From: an uncultured Actinomycetota bacterium
GTDB lineage: Bacteria > Actinomycetota > Geothermincolia > Geothermincolales > RBG-13-55-18
Length of the DNA stretch: 64,000 bases
Direction: 5' to 3'
Assembly (NCBI GenBank): GCA_964529285.1
Contig: CAZGWK010000001.1
Span: 72,452 to 136,451, forward strand
In this document: one piece after another, positions 47,397-59,713 of the stretch
Layout of the letters: each line of letters begins with the position of its first letter
Numbering within the stretch: position 1 is the first letter of the stretch
Translations under genes and position numbers: made by a program
The notes under the pieces: model-generated
What the model saw: the letters and a program-made list of their open reading frames with translations, nothing else
Database searches by the model: none
Told to the model about the DNA's origin: nothing

Positions 47397-48935
47397 TTAC
47401 TTGGCGTAATCGACCACTCGCTTCTCTCTCACAACCGTAATCTTGATCTGCCCGGGATATTCCAGTTCGTCCTCAATCTGCCTCGCGATTTCTCTGGAGA
47501 GCGTTATGCAGCCTATGTCGTCAATAACATCAGACTTTACCATCACCCTAATCTCACGCCCAGCCTGGAGCGCATACGAACCGTCAACGCCCTCGAAGGA
47601 ATCGGCGATGGTCTCCAGTTTTTCCAGCCGCTTGATGTAGCTCTCGAGGGTTTCCCTGCGAGCCCCGGGTCTGGCAGCGCTTATAGCGTCCGCGGCCTGG
47701 ACGAGCACGGCCTCTGTCGTTTTCGCCTCGATCTCCTCATGGTGCGCTTCTATGGCGTGTACGACGGCATCGTTCTCTTTGAGCCTTTTTGCCAGCTCCG
47801 CTCCGATAACCGCATGTGAGCCCTCGACCTCGTGATCGATGGCCTTGCCGATATCATGTAGAAGCCCCGCCCTCTTGGCGAGCTTGATATCCGTTCCCAA
47901 CTCGGCCGCCATGATTCCAGAAAGATGGGCGACCTCTATGGAGTGCTTGAGTACGTTCTGGCCGTAGCTCGTGCGATATTTCAAGCGTCCGAGCACTCTC
48001 ATGAGTTCGTGATTGATGCCGTGCAGGCCGACATCAAAAACGGCCTGCTCCCCAACTTCCTTTATCTCCGCGTCCACCTCGGCCTTTGATTTTTCGTACA
48101 TCTCCTCTATGCGCGCCGGCTGGATGCGCCCGTCCGTTATCAGCCTCTCCAGGGTCAGCCTGGCGATCTCGCGCCTGACCGGGTCAAAACTGGAGAGAAT
48201 AACCGCTTCCGGCGTATCGTCGATGATCAGGTTGATACCGGTCAATGTCTCAAAGGTGCGTATGTTGCGCCCTTCCCTGCCGATTATCCTTCCCTTCATC
48301 TCGTCGCTGGGAAGCGGCACCACCGATACGGTGGTCTCCGCCACGTGGTCGGATGCGCACCTCTGGATGGCATTGGCTATGATGTGCTTCGCTTTTTTTT
48401 CGGCCTCATCGCGCAGGCGACTCTCGATCTTCTTGATCACCTGAGCCGCATCTCTCTTGGTCTCCTCCTCAACCTGTTTCAGCAGAAGCTGCTTCGCCTC
48501 ATCCTTGGACAGGCCCGCCACCTTTTCCAGCCGTTCATTCTCTTTTGCCAGTGTCTTTTGCACCTCTGAATGGAGGTTCTGTATATCATTCTCCTTCGCA
48601 GCAAGCGATCTTTCTCTCTTCTCGAAATTTTCCGAGCGATTGTCTATCTGTTCTTCTCTCTGCAGGAGCCTGCGCTCAAAACGCTGCAACTCATTACGAC
48701 GGTTTTTTATATCGCGCTCCGCATCGTTCCGCATGGCAAATATCTCATCTTTAGCCTCAAGTAGAGCTTCACGTTTCTTTGCCTCCGAGGTCTTCTCGGC
48801 TTCTTGAAGCACCCTCTTGGCCTCTTCTTCCGCCGATGATATCTTTGCCTCCGCCATAAACTTTCGAGCCAGGAAACCCGCTATAAGTCCGATTATCAGG
48901 GCTGCTACGCCAGCTATTATTGCCTCTATCATTTT
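47397..48935 (-). CDS. rny: ribonuclease Y
   Basis: An N-terminal TM helix is followed by a coiled-coil, a KH domain and an HD domain (HHEIEAKT). The RBS is AAGGGAGGA. Confidence 0.9.
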   Translation of the reverse strand, partial: KMIEAIIAGVAALIIGLIAGFLARKFMAEAKISSAEEEAKRVLQEAEKTSEAKKREALLEAKDEIFAMRNDAERDIKNRRNELQRFERRLLQREEQIDNRSENFEKRERSLAAKENDIQNLHSEVQKTLAKENERLEKVAGLSKDEAKQLLLKQVEEETKRDAAQVIKKIESRLRDEAEKKAKHIIANAIQRCASDHVAETTVSVVPLPSDEMKGRIIGREGRNIRTFETLTGINLIIDDTPEAVILSSFDPVRREIARLTLERLITDGRIQPARIEEMYEKSKAEVDAEIKEVGEQAVFDVGLHGINHELMRVLGRLKYRTSYGQNVLKHSIEVAHLSGIMAAELGTDIKLAKRAGLLHDIGKAIDHEVEGSHAVIGAELAKRLKENDAVVHAIEAHHEEIEAKTTEAVLVQAADAISAARPGARRETLESYIKRLEKLETIADSFEGVDGSYALQAGREIRVMVKSDVIDDIGCITLSREIARQIEDELEYPGQIKITVVREKRVVDYAK

Positions 48936-48986
48936 CATTCCTCCCTTCATATATGTAAACCCGGGGTTGAGACCCCGATACACAAC

Positions 48987-49014
48987 GTAAAAAAGCCGAG
49001 TTCAAGCTCGGCTT
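48987..49014 (-). terminator. rho-independent terminator downstream of recA–recX
   Basis: On the - strand the stem AGCCGAG-loop-CTCGGCT is followed by TTTTTT. Confidence 0.6.
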
Positions 49015-49137
49015 AAGGCTATCCCGATTTATATATATACCGCGATTAACACCTGACGCTCTTTCCGTACCTAACGGTATATATAACAAGCAAATATAGC
49101 TTGGACATCGATCAATATCCTTAGGCCTGCATCAATT

Positions 49138-49668
49138 CTAGGAGAGCTGACTATCAGTGTCAAGAAATCTAGACATGTGGTCGTAGTCACCGTCATCCCG
49201 TATGCCGCTCAGAACATCAGCGATCGCAGAATGCGAGAACCCCCTTGCGGACAGCCTTGTGACGGCTTTTTCGATTTCGCCTTTCGCCGCTGAACCGGGC
49301 GAAAGTGGCAGGTATTTTTCCAACAGCAGCGCTGCCGCTTCCCGTTCTCTTTCCGGATCGAAAAAGGACTGTATGCTCTCTTCGGCAAGCTCTCTGCTTA
49401 TGCCTCGGCGGCGCAGCTCGGAATATATACGAGAACGGCTCTTATTCGCTATCTGTCCGTTGCAGACAATATCCCTGGCCAACCGTGCATCATCGAGAAG
49501 GCCTCGTTCCACGAGTTCGGCAGCCACATCCTCTACGACCTCTTCAGAAAAACCCTTTCCGCGCAGGCGTTGCGCAAGTTCGTAATGCGTACGGGAACGA
49601 CATGAGAGCAGTTTTATTGCCCCGTGGAAAGCACGAACCCTCGTTCGTTCGCAGGCCCGCCCTCTCAT
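49138..49668 (-). CDS. recX: recombination regulator RecX
   Basis: Shows the RecX repeat helices. Its start overlaps the recA stop. Confidence 0.85.
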   Translation of the reverse strand: MRGRACERTRVRAFHGAIKLLSCRSRTHYELAQRLRGKGFSEEVVEDVAAELVERGLLDDARLARDIVCNGQIANKSRSRIYSELRRRGISRELAEESIQSFFDPEREREAAALLLEKYLPLSPGSAAKGEIEKAVTRLSARGFSHSAIADVLSGIRDDGDYDHMSRFLDTDSQLS

Positions 49669-50717
49669 CCGGCCGTTCCGTTGCCGACCTCTTGTGCTTT
49701 CTCGTCAAGCCGTGCAACGCGGGCCTTTGCCTTCGGAAGGTTTAGTATCTCCCTCAGCTTGGAGTCCAATTCCGTTCTCACTTCGGGGTTGTCCTTCAGG
49801 TACTGCTTGGCGTTCTCCCTGCCCTGCCCCAGTTGGTCCTCTCCATACGTGTACCAGGCGCCGCTCTTCTTGACCAAGCCGTTTTCGACCGCCACATCCA
49901 CAATATTACCCTCTGTCGATATACCCTCGCCGTACATGATATCGAACTCCGCTTTTCTGAAAGGCGGCGCCATCTTGTTCTTAACGACCTTCACCCTGAC
50001 ATGATTGCCCACGATTTCCGCTCCCTGCTTAATGCTGTCGATCCTGCGGATGTCCAGCCGTACCGAGGCGTAGAACTTCAGCGCTTTTCCACCCGGAGTG
50101 GTCTCGGGGCTCCCGAACATCACCCCGATCTTCTCCCGCAATTGATTTATGAATATAGCCGTGGTGTTCGATTTGTTTATGGTCCCCGCCAGCTTGCGCA
50201 AGGCCTGCGACATGAGCCTTGCCTGAAGGCCTACATGCGCGTCTCCCATTTCTCCCTCTATTTCAAGGCGTGGCACCAGGGCAGCGACGGAATCTATGAC
50301 CACGACATCCAGGGCTCCGCTGCGTACGAGCATCTCCGCGATCTCCAATGCCTGCTCACCGGTATCCGGCTGCGATATCAGCAATTCGTCCACATCTACT
50401 CCCAGAACTCTGGAATACGACGGGTCAAGCGCATGCTCGGCATCTATAAACGCTGCTATGCCCCCCCTGTATTGCGCCTCCGCTATGATGTGCAGGGCCA
50501 GCGTCGTCTTTCCCGAGGCCTCCGGGCCAAAGATCTCAACGACCCTTCCCCGCGGCACGCCGCCTATACCGAGCGCCAGGTCGAGGGATAGTGCACCCGT
50601 GGGGATCGCGGCAATTTGAAAACGGTGGTTATCCTGGCCGAGTTTCATAATCGAACCCTTCCCGAACTGGCGTTCTATCTGTGTCAGCGCCATCTCCAGT
50701 GCCTTATCTTTTTCCAC
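49665..50717 (-). CDS. recA: recombinase RecA
   Basis: Has Walker [10 protein letters not shown] and the RecA L1/L2 motifs. Confidence 0.95.
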   Translation of the reverse strand: MEKDKALEMALTQIERQFGKGSIMKLGQDNHRFQIAAIPTGALSLDLALGIGGVPRGRVVEIFGPEASGKTTLALHIIAEAQYRGGIAAFIDAEHALDPSYSRVLGVDVDELLISQPDTGEQALEIAEMLVRSGALDVVVIDSVAALVPRLEIEGEMGDAHVGLQARLMSQALRKLAGTINKSNTTAIFINQLREKIGVMFGSPETTPGGKALKFYASVRLDIRRIDSIKQGAEIVGNHVRVKVVKNKMAPPFRKAEFDIMYGEGISTEGNIVDVAVENGLVKKSGAWYTYGEDQLGQGRENAKQYLKDNPEVRTELDSKLREILNLPKAKARVARLDEKAQEVGNGTAG

Positions 50718-50921
50718 CTTGCTCCTCCTATGCTTCTTCGAAACGTTATTACTACGACCGGTATAAGCTCCGATCGCATGAAGTCTCTTGAATCACTTCA
50801 CGTACCTAATTATATTTCTGCGGGGTGACACCGATCCCCTCCAACCCTTTGGTCGTGCCCGGGCATATCATCTATATCGTTGCGGTTGCATACGCCCTTG
50901 ACCTGGCGCGCAAGGCATGGT

Positions 50922-52283
50922 TCAGATCTTTTGCATACGAGCTATGAACATGCCTTCCATGCGGTGGCGATGAGGCCACAGCTGCGCATATCCCTTCATG
51001 GTCACCGCATCCGCCAGGGGACCGGGCAGACAGGGCTTGAGGTCTTCCAGATGAAAATCGTTCCTGCCCTCGAGAAAAGCGCCGATGACGCCTTCGGACT
51101 CCTCGCGGCTGTAGGTGCATACCGCGTAGACCAGGACGCCCCCTTCCCGCACCACTTCAGCGCAACCTCGTAGAATAGAGAGTTGAAGAGAGGCAAGCTC
51201 GCGCAGGTCACCGGGAGACCTGCGCCATTTGAGTTCGGGGTTGCGCTGCAGGGTGCCCAGTCCGGAGCACGGGGCGTCGACAAGCACGCGGTCCGCATGG
51301 CCATCAAGATATTCACTCAGCCGCGAGGAGTCTCCCCTTTTTATCTCGACATTGTGAAGCCCTAACCTCTTTACGGTTTTGCCCAATGCTTCGAGCCGTT
51401 TTGTATTGCTGTCTACCGCAACGACGTGGCACGCCGGCCCACCCAATGTCGCGAGGCGTGTCGCCTTGCCCCCCGGCGCCGCACATGCATCAACCACAAC
51501 TTCCCCCGGAGCGGGGCCGACCGCGCCAGCTGTCAGCATCGAGCTTTCGTCCTGTACCACGCACATGCCTCTTTCAAGCAGATCGAGCAAGCATGAGTAA
51601 TCAAGCCTCACGGCGGTCAGGGCTGCCTCCACGTATGCGGAGAAGCGGCCCTCGCCCCCGCAGCATTCTATTTCGTCGAGCAGTGCTGGGGCGTCGGTCC
51701 TGGTGGTGTTGGCCCGCAGCGTAAGCCTGGGAACCTCGTTCTGTGCGCTGCAGAGCTCTTCCGCTTCCTCACGGCCCAGCTGCCCTACCAGGTACTCGGC
51801 AAGCCAGCGTGGGTATGAATACACCTTCTCGAGATATGGGTAGATATCTTCACGGCCCGGCAAGTCAAGATATGCCAGGCCATCGCATGCACTGCGCATA
51901 ACCGCGTTGACGAAGGATGCCGCCCCCCGCCCTATGCGCTTCTTGGCGAGAGAGACGGTCTCGTTGACCGCGGCGTGGCGTGGAAGCCTCATCTCCGACA
52001 ACTGATACATCCCCAGCCGCAATATATCGAGTACCGCAGGATCGATATCTTCCAGGGAACGCCGGGAGAAGGCCTCTATAATAAAGTCGAGCCTTGCGCG
52101 GTGCCTCTGCAGGCCGTATACAAGTTCCGTGACCATGCCGCGGTCCCTCGCGTCCAGCGTGCCGCGATCCATGCCGTAACGCAACAGCAGACCGAGATAG
52201 CTGCCTTCTTCGTTTACTCTTCGCGTGATATCGTAGGCGATATCCCTGGTTTTGGACACTTCCGCATTCCCTTCCTGCACCAC
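50922..52283 (-). CDS. rsmB: 16S rRNA (cytosine967-C5)-methyltransferase
   Basis: An N-terminal NusB-like domain is followed by the DAPCSGLG and PCxxE motifs. Confidence 0.85.
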   Translation of the reverse strand: MVQEGNAEVSKTRDIAYDITRRVNEEGSYLGLLLRYGMDRGTLDARDRGMVTELVYGLQRHRARLDFIIEAFSRRSLEDIDPAVLDILRLGMYQLSEMRLPRHAAVNETVSLAKKRIGRGAASFVNAVMRSACDGLAYLDLPGREDIYPYLEKVYSYPRWLAEYLVGQLGREEAEELCSAQNEVPRLTLRANTTRTDAPALLDEIECCGGEGRFSAYVEAALTAVRLDYSCLLDLLERGMCVVQDESSMLTAGAVGPAPGEVVVDACAAPGGKATRLATLGGPACHVVAVDSNTKRLEALGKTVKRLGLHNVEIKRGDSSRLSEYLDGHADRVLVDAPCSGLGTLQRNPELKWRRSPGDLRELASLQLSILRGCAEVVREGGVLVYAVCTYSREESEGVIGAFLEGRNDFHLEDLKPCLPGPLADAVTMKGYAQLWPHRHRMEGMFIARMQKI

Positions 52284-52303
52284 ATCGCTGACGATGCATG
52301 GCC

Positions 52304-53251
52304 TTAGAATATCTCCGCGCCGAGGACATCTCCAGATCTAGGCCGATATCCATGCAGAAAATCCTCCACCCCCATAGGCTGCTTTCCCTCCGCCTGCACC
52401 TCCTCCAGGCGTAGGTATCCCCGACCGGTTCCCACAAGAAGGATATCACCCGGGTTTACCACGAGCATTCCCGGGTGAATTGCCGGCACATCATCACCTA
52501 CGGATACCCTCAGTACCTTGAGCCGCTTTCCACGGAAATACGTATACGCTCCAGGCCGCGGTCTGAGCGCCCGTACCTGATTGCTGATGTTCGTCGCAGT
52601 ATTCGCCCAGTCTATGAGGAGTTCGGATTTGCTTATGGGCTCCGCATAAGTGGCCAGCTCTTCGTCCTGGGGCCGCGGCAGGATGGCGCCGGACATATAC
52701 AGGGGGACGGTTTCCGCCGCCAGGCAGGCTCCCAACAGCGCCAGCTTTTTGCGCAGGCTGAGCGCATCGTCGCCATCTTCCACATCGACCTCCACCTGCG
52801 CTATCATGTCCCCCGTATCCAGGCCCTCGTCAAGTAATATCAACGTGACTCCGCTCACGCGCTCGCCGCACATCAGCACCCTGCGTATGGGCGCCGCCCC
52901 CCGGTAGCGCGGCAGGAGCGAGGGGTGGACGTTCAGGCAACCTCCGGCGGGATAATCGAGAATCTCACGGGGCAGGATATGCCCGTAATCCGCCACCAGA
53001 AGCACTTCGGGATCAACTTCCTCGAGAAGGCTGAGAAAGATGGGGTCCGTGGGGCCATCGGGCTGATGCAAGACTATCCCCTTCTCGATGGCGAGGGTTT
53101 TTACGGGGGTCGGGCGCTGCCGCAACCCTCTTCCCGCAGCTCGATCCCGCCGGGTGATAATTCCTCTCAGCTCGAAGCCCGTGGCCAGAAGTCCGTCCAG
53201 AAACTCTCTGGCAAAATCACCGCTTCCCAGGAAGAGGGCCTTCAAATCCAT
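52304..53251 (-). CDS. fmt: methionyl-tRNA formyltransferase
   Basis: Has formyl-transferase N and C domains (HPSLLPRYRG). Confidence 0.9.
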   Translation of the reverse strand: MDLKALFLGSGDFAREFLDGLLATGFELRGIITRRDRAAGRGLRQRPTPVKTLAIEKGIVLHQPDGPTDPIFLSLLEEVDPEVLLVADYGHILPREILDYPAGGCLNVHPSLLPRYRGAAPIRRVLMCGERVSGVTLILLDEGLDTGDMIAQVEVDVEDGDDALSLRKKLALLGACLAAETVPLYMSGAILPRPQDEELATYAEPISKSELLIDWANTATNISNQVRALRPRPGAYTYFRGKRLKVLRVSVGDDVPAIHPGMLVVNPGDILLVGTGRGYLRLEEVQAEGKQPMGVEDFLHGYRPRSGDVLGAEIF

Positions 53252-53266
53252 CCCCCCGGAAAAACG

Positions 53267-53788
53267 TCAGAGCCGGGTGCCATCATGGGGATCACGCGCA
53301 GGCGGTTGCTCGCCTTGCAGGACCTGCAGGGCTTCTACCCGGCTCTCCCGGTCGGTGCGCTCCAGGATGAGCTTTCCGTCCAGGTGATCTATCTCGTGCT
53401 GAAAAACGCGTGCTATCCATCCCTCGACATGGATGGTATTTGTAATGCCCGCGAGGTCCATATACTCGAGGTCCAACGCGATATGTCTAGGCACCTGCAT
53501 AGCCGCGCCCGGGATGCTCAGGCAGCCTTCTACTTCCTCCTCTGTTTCCTGTGAGGTCGCTATGATACGTGGGTTTATACAGGTTGCGAATTCTCCCTCG
53601 TGTTCGTATATGAATACTCTTTTCACCACGCCGATCTGGTTAGCAGAAAGTCCCGCTCCTTCCGGCTTGGGCAGCGAGTCGATCATATCCCGGACCAGTC
53701 GCTTTATGTCAGGAGTTATCTCGCCGACTTCCTGGCACCTCTCCTTCAGCACGGGATCCCCGAAGGTCCTTATGGGTAGTTCTGCCAT
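53267..53788 (-). CDS. def: peptide deformylase
   Basis: Has GLSANQIG, EGCLS and HEIDHLDG motifs. Confidence 0.9.
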   Translation of the reverse strand: MAELPIRTFGDPVLKERCQEVGEITPDIKRLVRDMIDSLPKPEGAGLSANQIGVVKRVFIYEHEGEFATCINPRIIATSQETEEEVEGCLSIPGAAMQVPRHIALDLEYMDLAGITNTIHVEGWIARVFQHEIDHLDGKLILERTDRESRVEALQVLQGEQPPARDPHDGTRL

Positions 53789-53868
53789 CTCATCACACCT
53801 CCCGTCAAGGTATATCGCGGTACATGCGGCATAATGCCTGCCGAAACATCTCCGCCTGTGCCCCGGCG

Positions 53869-55086
53869 CTAGAGGCCTGCTTCGCTGCGCAAGGACTCCG
53901 CCTTATCGGTATGCTCCCAGGTAAAATCCTTGTCCGTACGTCCGAAATGTCCGTAGACGGCCGTCTTGCGGTAAATGGGTTTGCGCAGCTTGAGATCCCT
54001 TATAATCGCCGCGGGGCGCAGGTCGAAATACTCGCGGATCAGCCCCTCGATCGTGACCACGTCTACTTTTTCGGTGCCGAAGGCGTCTATCATAACCGAT
54101 ACGGGATGTGCCACGCCGATGGCATAGGCCAGCTGAACCTCGAAACGGTCCGCAAGGCCTGCTGCCACGACGTTCTTGGCAACGTAACGAGCCGCATATG
54201 CGGCTGAGCGGTCTACCTTGGTGGGATCCTTTCCGGAAAAGCATCCTCCGCCGTGACGGGCCATGCCGCCGTAAGTGTCCACGATTATCTTGCGCCCGGT
54301 AAGCCCGGTATCTCCCATGGGGCCTCCCGTGACGAATTTTCCCGTGGGGTTTACCAGGACCCTCAGGCTGCCGTCGACCATCTCCGACGGGACGACGGGG
54401 TTTATTACGTGCTCAATCAGGTCGGGCTTCATCAAATCTTCTATATCCACGTTGGGACGGTGTTGCGCGGACAGCAGCACGGTATCTATCCTCCGCGGCA
54501 TGCCGTCCTCGTATTCCACGGTTACCTGGCTTTTGCCATCGGGCCTCAGATAAGGTAGAATACCAGCTTTCCTGACCTCGGAGAGGCGGTGGCAGAGCTT
54601 GTGCGCCAGGATGATCGACAAGGGCATGAATTCCGGTGTCTCATTGCATGCGTAACCGAACATCATACCCTGGTCGCCCGCCCCGAGCGAATCGAGCATA
54701 TCGTCCTCTACCTCGCCGCTTCTCTCCTCCAGGGCATGGTTGACGCCCTGGGCTATATCGGAAGACTGCGGATCGATGGAGACCATGACACCGCACGTCT
54801 CGAAGTCGAAGCCGTACTTGGCGCGCGTATATCCAATCTCCTCGATTGTCCTCCGGGCCGTGTTCGGAATATCGACATACGTCGCCGTACTTATCTCTCC
54901 CGCTACGACCACCAATCCCGTCGTAACCAGTGTCTCCACTGCTACCCTGCCGAGGGGATCATCTTTGTAAACCTCGTCCAGTATGGCGTCGGATATCTGG
55001 TCCGCTATCTTGTCCGGGTGGCCTTCCGTAACCGATTCCGATGTAAACATGTAGCGCTTCGACACTTCCGCTCCTTTCCCTTGCAC
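53869..55086 (-). CDS. metK: S-adenosylmethionine synthetase
   Basis: Has GHPDK and GGGAFSGKD motifs. Confidence 0.95.
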   Translation of the reverse strand: MQGKGAEVSKRYMFTSESVTEGHPDKIADQISDAILDEVYKDDPLGRVAVETLVTTGLVVVAGEISTATYVDIPNTARRTIEEIGYTRAKYGFDFETCGVMVSIDPQSSDIAQGVNHALEERSGEVEDDMLDSLGAGDQGMMFGYACNETPEFMPLSIILAHKLCHRLSEVRKAGILPYLRPDGKSQVTVEYEDGMPRRIDTVLLSAQHRPNVDIEDLMKPDLIEHVINPVVPSEMVDGSLRVLVNPTGKFVTGGPMGDTGLTGRKIIVDTYGGMARHGGGCFSGKDPTKVDRSAAYAARYVAKNVVAAGLADRFEVQLAYAIGVAHPVSVMIDAFGTEKVDVVTIEGLIREYFDLRPAAIIRDLKLRKPIYRKTAVYGHFGRTDKDFTWEHTDKAESLRSEAGL

Positions 55087-55126
55087 GCGGTATCCTTATC
55101 TGCGCGTCCTACTCCCTAATCGCAAT

Positions 55127-55134
55127 ATTATACA
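55127..55134 (-). promoter_or_regulatory. extended -10 element TGTATAAT in the metK leader
   Basis: On the - strand it lies about 85 nt upstream of the metK ATG. Assigned by sequence match only. Confidence 0.3.
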
Positions 55135-55321
55135 CTCAGCCAGGCCGATTATCCCTGATCCAGACGGCAACGTCGCGGACCGTGCGGAAATGCAGCGTGA
55201 TAATCAACGCTCTCCGTCCCCGTCATTCCGCCCCTTTCCCCCCTAGAAACCCTTGCTTCGCTGCTATACCTTTACGTCACGGCAGAGGCTGGAGAGGGTG
55301 TTGGGGGGATGTGAGGGCAAG

Positions 55322-55558
55322 CTACTTATAGACGAAGATCAGGATCAGGGTCGAGATGACAAAGGTGACGGCGCTGATAATAGTCATGCGGTCCAGGTTC
55401 TTCTGTACGATAGTAGTGCCCGATGCTCCTCCGACGGAGGAACCCCCGAAAAGGCTTGACATGCCACCGCCTCGCCCTGAGTGCAAAAGCACGAAAACCA
55501 CCATTGCTATGCTGGATACAAAGAAAAACCCCAGCATTATGTACTTCAATACGTCCAC
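55322..55558 (-). CDS. secG: preprotein translocase subunit SecG
   Basis: 78 aa with two TM segments and a Gly-rich loop SLFGGSSVGGASG. Confidence 0.8.
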   Translation of the reverse strand: MDVLKYIMLGFFFVSSIAMVVFVLLHSGRGGGMSSLFGGSSVGGASGTTIVQKNLDRMTIISAVTFVISTLILIFVYK

Positions 55559-55615
55559 GCTTCATACCTCCTGTTCCAGGAAAATATTCTACCACATCGG
55601 GGCTTCGGCAGCCCG

Positions 55616-56377
55616 TCAGCCCTCGTATTTCGCGATTGCCGCAAAGTCCTCGGCCTTCAGGCTTGCACCGCCTACCAGGGCGCCGTCTATGTCCTGCATG
55701 GACATGAGTTCAGCAGCGTTATCGGGCTTGACACTGCCGCCATAGAGAATGCGCAGCGACGACGCGGCGTTATCTCCGTAAGCACCGCTTACCCAGCGGC
55801 GTATCGCAGAGGTCATTTCCTGGGCATCGTCGGGCGTGGCCGTCTTGCCCGTTCCTATCGCCCATATGGGCTCGTAGGCTATTACCAGGCCGGGAATCTC
55901 AGCCGCCTCTACGCCGTCAAGGTCTGCCGACAGCTGGCCCTCCACTTTTTGCAGCTCCCTGCCTGCCTCCCTTTCCTTCAGGGTCTCACCAACGCAGAGG
56001 ACAGGGATCATGCCGGCATCCAGAACGGCCCTGACCTTTGCGGCGACCAGATCGTCCTTTTCTTCGATTATCTCCCTCCGCTCGGAATGCCCGGCGATAA
56101 CATACGTTACGTCCAGGGCCTTGAGCATGGGCGGCGATATCTCTCCCGTATAGGCGCCTTCATCGGCTGGATAGACGTCCTGCGCTCCGAGGGCGATAGC
56201 CGCGCCCATTTCAGCGATCAGGCGGGAAACGTCCGCAAGAGCGGTGAAAGGAGGGCACACGGCCACTTCCACGTCCTGCAGCCCGGAGACCAGTGGAATC
56301 AGTTCCCTCACCAGCTCCACCGCCTCGCTACTGTCTTTGAACATCTTCCAGTTGCCGGCTATGAGCGGCTTTCTCAT
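55616..56377 (-). CDS. tpiA: triose-phosphate isomerase
   Basis: Has AYEPIWAIGTG and GGS motifs. Confidence 0.9.
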   Translation of the reverse strand: MRKPLIAGNWKMFKDSSEAVELVRELIPLVSGLQDVEVAVCPPFTALADVSRLIAEMGAAIALGAQDVYPADEGAYTGEISPPMLKALDVTYVIAGHSERREIIEEKDDLVAAKVRAVLDAGMIPVLCVGETLKEREAGRELQKVEGQLSADLDGVEAAEIPGLVIAYEPIWAIGTGKTATPDDAQEMTSAIRRWVSGAYGDNAASSLRILYGGSVKPDNAAELMSMQDIDGALVGGASLKAEDFAAIAKYEG

Positions 56378-56390
56378 TCCTGCGACCCCC

Positions 56391-57581
56391 TTAGTCGTCC
56401 TTTTCCAGCAGGACCGCCACGCCCGGGAGGATCTTACCTTCGAGCAGTTCCAGGGAGGCTCCCCCGCCGGTCGATATATGGTCGAATTCGTCCTCCAGCC
56501 CGTATTTCTCGATGGCCGCCACGGTATCTCCTCCGCCCGCCACTTTGAGTGAAGACGAACGCGCTATCGCCTCGGCGACGGCACGCGTTCCTTCCTCGAA
56601 GGATTCCCATTCGAAGACGCCCATGGGCCCGTTCCAGAATATGGTCTTAGCCTTCCCGATGGCTTTAACGTAACGCTCAATGCTGCGCGGCCCGATATCC
56701 AGGCCCATCCATCCTCGCGGTATCTCCTCCGCATCCACGACCCGTCTCTCCGCTTCCTCCTTGAACTCGGAGGCCACCACCAGGTCGACCGGGAGCATTA
56801 TGCGCGCACGCTTCTGCTGCGATGCGGACATCACCTCTCTCACCTCGCCCAGGAGTTCGTCCTCACAGATAGACTCGCCAATCTCCATGCCCTGTGACTT
56901 GAAGACAGTGAAACACATCCCTCCCCCGACCAGCAGGATATCTACCAGTTCCTGTAAGTTATCCAGTACCTTCAGCTTGTCGGATATCTTGCTTCCTCCG
57001 AGTACGGCCACGAAAGGCCGGGGAGGATCCTCAAGCAGCCCCTGCAGTACCTCCATCTCTTTTTCCATGAGGAGGCCGGCCACCGCCGGCAGCCTCTCCG
57101 CCACTCCCGTTATCGAGGCGTGCGCACGGTGTGCCGCGCCAAAGGCATCGTCGACATATATGTCACCCAGGCGGGCCAGTGAATCCGCGAAGGCGTCGTC
57201 GTTTTCCTCCTCGCCGGGGTCGAAACGGAGGTTCTCCAGAAGGACGATTTCGCCAGGCTCCAGGCTCTGGCAGGTCTTCTCTATCTCCTCCCCGACCACG
57301 CCGTCCATCTTGCGTACCTCGACACTGAGCAATTCCTGCAGTCTTGCCGCCACCGGTGTCAAGCGCATGGATTCCACGACCTTGCCCTTGGGGCGCCCGA
57401 GATGAGACATGATCACGAGAGAGGCACCGTGGTCGAGAAGGTAACGCAGCGTCGCAAGGGCTGCTCGTATGCGCGTATCGTCAGCCACCTCGCCGGAAGC
57501 GTCAAGGGGGACGTTGAAGTCCACCCTGACCAGCGCTCTCTTAGCGGAGACATCTATATCCCGGACGGTCTTCCTTGTCAT
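56391..57581 (-). CDS. pgk: phosphoglycerate kinase
   Basis: Has RVDFNVP and GGGA…LPG motifs. Confidence 0.95.
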   Translation of the reverse strand: MTRKTVRDIDVSAKRALVRVDFNVPLDASGEVADDTRIRAALATLRYLLDHGASLVIMSHLGRPKGKVVESMRLTPVAARLQELLSVEVRKMDGVVGEEIEKTCQSLEPGEIVLLENLRFDPGEEENDDAFADSLARLGDIYVDDAFGAAHRAHASITGVAERLPAVAGLLMEKEMEVLQGLLEDPPRPFVAVLGGSKISDKLKVLDNLQELVDILLVGGGMCFTVFKSQGMEIGESICEDELLGEVREVMSASQQKRARIMLPVDLVVASEFKEEAERRVVDAEEIPRGWMGLDIGPRSIERYVKAIGKAKTIFWNGPMGVFEWESFEEGTRAVAEAIARSSSLKVAGGGDTVAAIEKYGLEDEFDHISTGGGASLELLEGKILPGVAVLLEKDD

Positions 57582-57593
57582 TTTACCTCCTGA

Positions 57594-58616
<1,023 letters not shown>

Positions 58617-58656
58617 TCATGCGCGATCACAGAATACCCGTCTGCTACATTTGACA

Positions 58657-58684
58657 TTATAAGCAAAAAAGACCTGCGGTAAAC
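58657..58684 (-). promoter_or_regulatory. putative sigma-70-type promoter of gap (-35 GTTTAC, 16 nt, -10 TATAAT)
   Basis: On the - strand the sequence reads GTTTACcgcaggtcttttttgcTTATAAT, about 70 nt upstream of the gap ATG. Confidence 0.35.
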
Positions 58685-58780
58685 ATGCGAGTCGTGCTGC
58701 CCGTAACAGCGCTGGCCCGCGAGTGGAAGAGATCTGCGCCGACCTCTGCATGCAGCACCATGGCTGCGATAGATAACTGC

Positions 58781-59710
58781 CTATTTACCGCAAGCGATGC
58801 TCCTGATGCGCAGCATGCGGTGGTAAACAGCCGATTTGGACAGCGAGGGCTGCAGGCAATCGCCCAGTTCGGCGAGGCTTGCCTCCGGGTGTCTCATGCG
58901 GGCTTCCGCCACTTCGCGCAGGGAAACAGGCAGGCTGCCCAGGCCGAGATTCTCGTCTATGATGCGTATATCGTGCAACTGCTTCTGGGCGGCATCTACT
59001 ATACGTTCCAGGTTTGCCGTCTCGCTGTTGACGCGCCGGTTCACTCTCTCCCTTACCTCGCGCATCACTGCATCGCTCTGCAGCCGCAGGACTGCGTCGT
59101 GCGCGCCCAGCAGGGCCAGGAAATCAACCTGTTCGCTGCGGCCCTTGCTGTATATGGTGTACAGCCTTTTCTTCCTGTTCGTATTCAGATGTATGTCGTA
59201 TCTGTTTGCGAGTGAGCGCAGTCCTTCCGCCATCTCGGCGTGCTGCACGTTTATCTCAAGGTGAGCCGGCTGGTCGGGACGACTGACGTATCCCCCTCCC
59301 AGGAAAGCTCCCCGGAGATACGCTATGCCGCAGCAGTGACGGCGCGTTATCCTGGCGGGTACTCCGAGCAGCGGTCGCAGCGAGTCATCCAGCAGCCCCA
59401 GTTCGTTGAGTATCTGTGCCGACTTGTCTCCGTCCTCCAGAAAGAGCAGGTAACAATTATGACCCCGCAGGCGGGGAGCCTTCTCGACGCGCAACTCGGG
59501 GGAGACCGCAAACAGCTCCTTGAGAGAGGAGAACATCTTCCTTGCGACCGCGGCGTTTTCGCTCTCCGTATGCAGCCCGAGGCGGTGAGCTCCCTTGAGG
59601 TGAAGCGCTCCTTCGAGGTGGAAGAGTGCGGATAGCTCCGCCAGGCGGCAGCACCGCCTGGAGGGGATGATGCGGGCCAGCTCATCCTTTACCATTCCGG
59701 TAAAAGCCAT
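58781..59710 (-). CDS. whiA: DNA-binding sporulation/cell-division regulator WhiA
   Basis: The N-terminal LAGLIDADG-like domains are followed by a C-terminal HTH. The sequence is typical of WhiA. Confidence 0.9.
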   Translation of the reverse strand: MAFTGMVKDELARIIPSRRCCRLAELSALFHLEGALHLKGAHRLGLHTESENAAVARKMFSSLKELFAVSPELRVEKAPRLRGHNCYLLFLEDGDKSAQILNELGLLDDSLRPLLGVPARITRRHCCGIAYLRGAFLGGGYVSRPDQPAHLEINVQHAEMAEGLRSLANRYDIHLNTNRKKRLYTIYSKGRSEQVDFLALLGAHDAVLRLQSDAVMREVRERVNRRVNSETANLERIVDAAQKQLHDIRIIDENLGLGSLPVSLREVAEARMRHPEASLAELGDCLQPSLSKSAVYHRMLRIRSIACGK

Positions 59711-59713
59711 AGT

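Noticed and set aside
50718-50921. Searched the recA upstream region for a LexA (Cheo box GAAC-N4-GTTC or actinobacterial TCGAAC-N4-GTTCGA) site.
   Set aside because: Only a partial TTCGAAACGTT string is present. There is no full-length match, so no SOS box is called.
55087-55321. Looked for SAM-I/SAM-IV riboswitch upstream of metK.
   Set aside because: A GATTATC…GATAATC inverted repeat exists, but the enclosed segment is too short (about 45 nt) and lacks the GGAGGGA / GCAACC core motifs. Only a plausible extended -10 promoter is reported.
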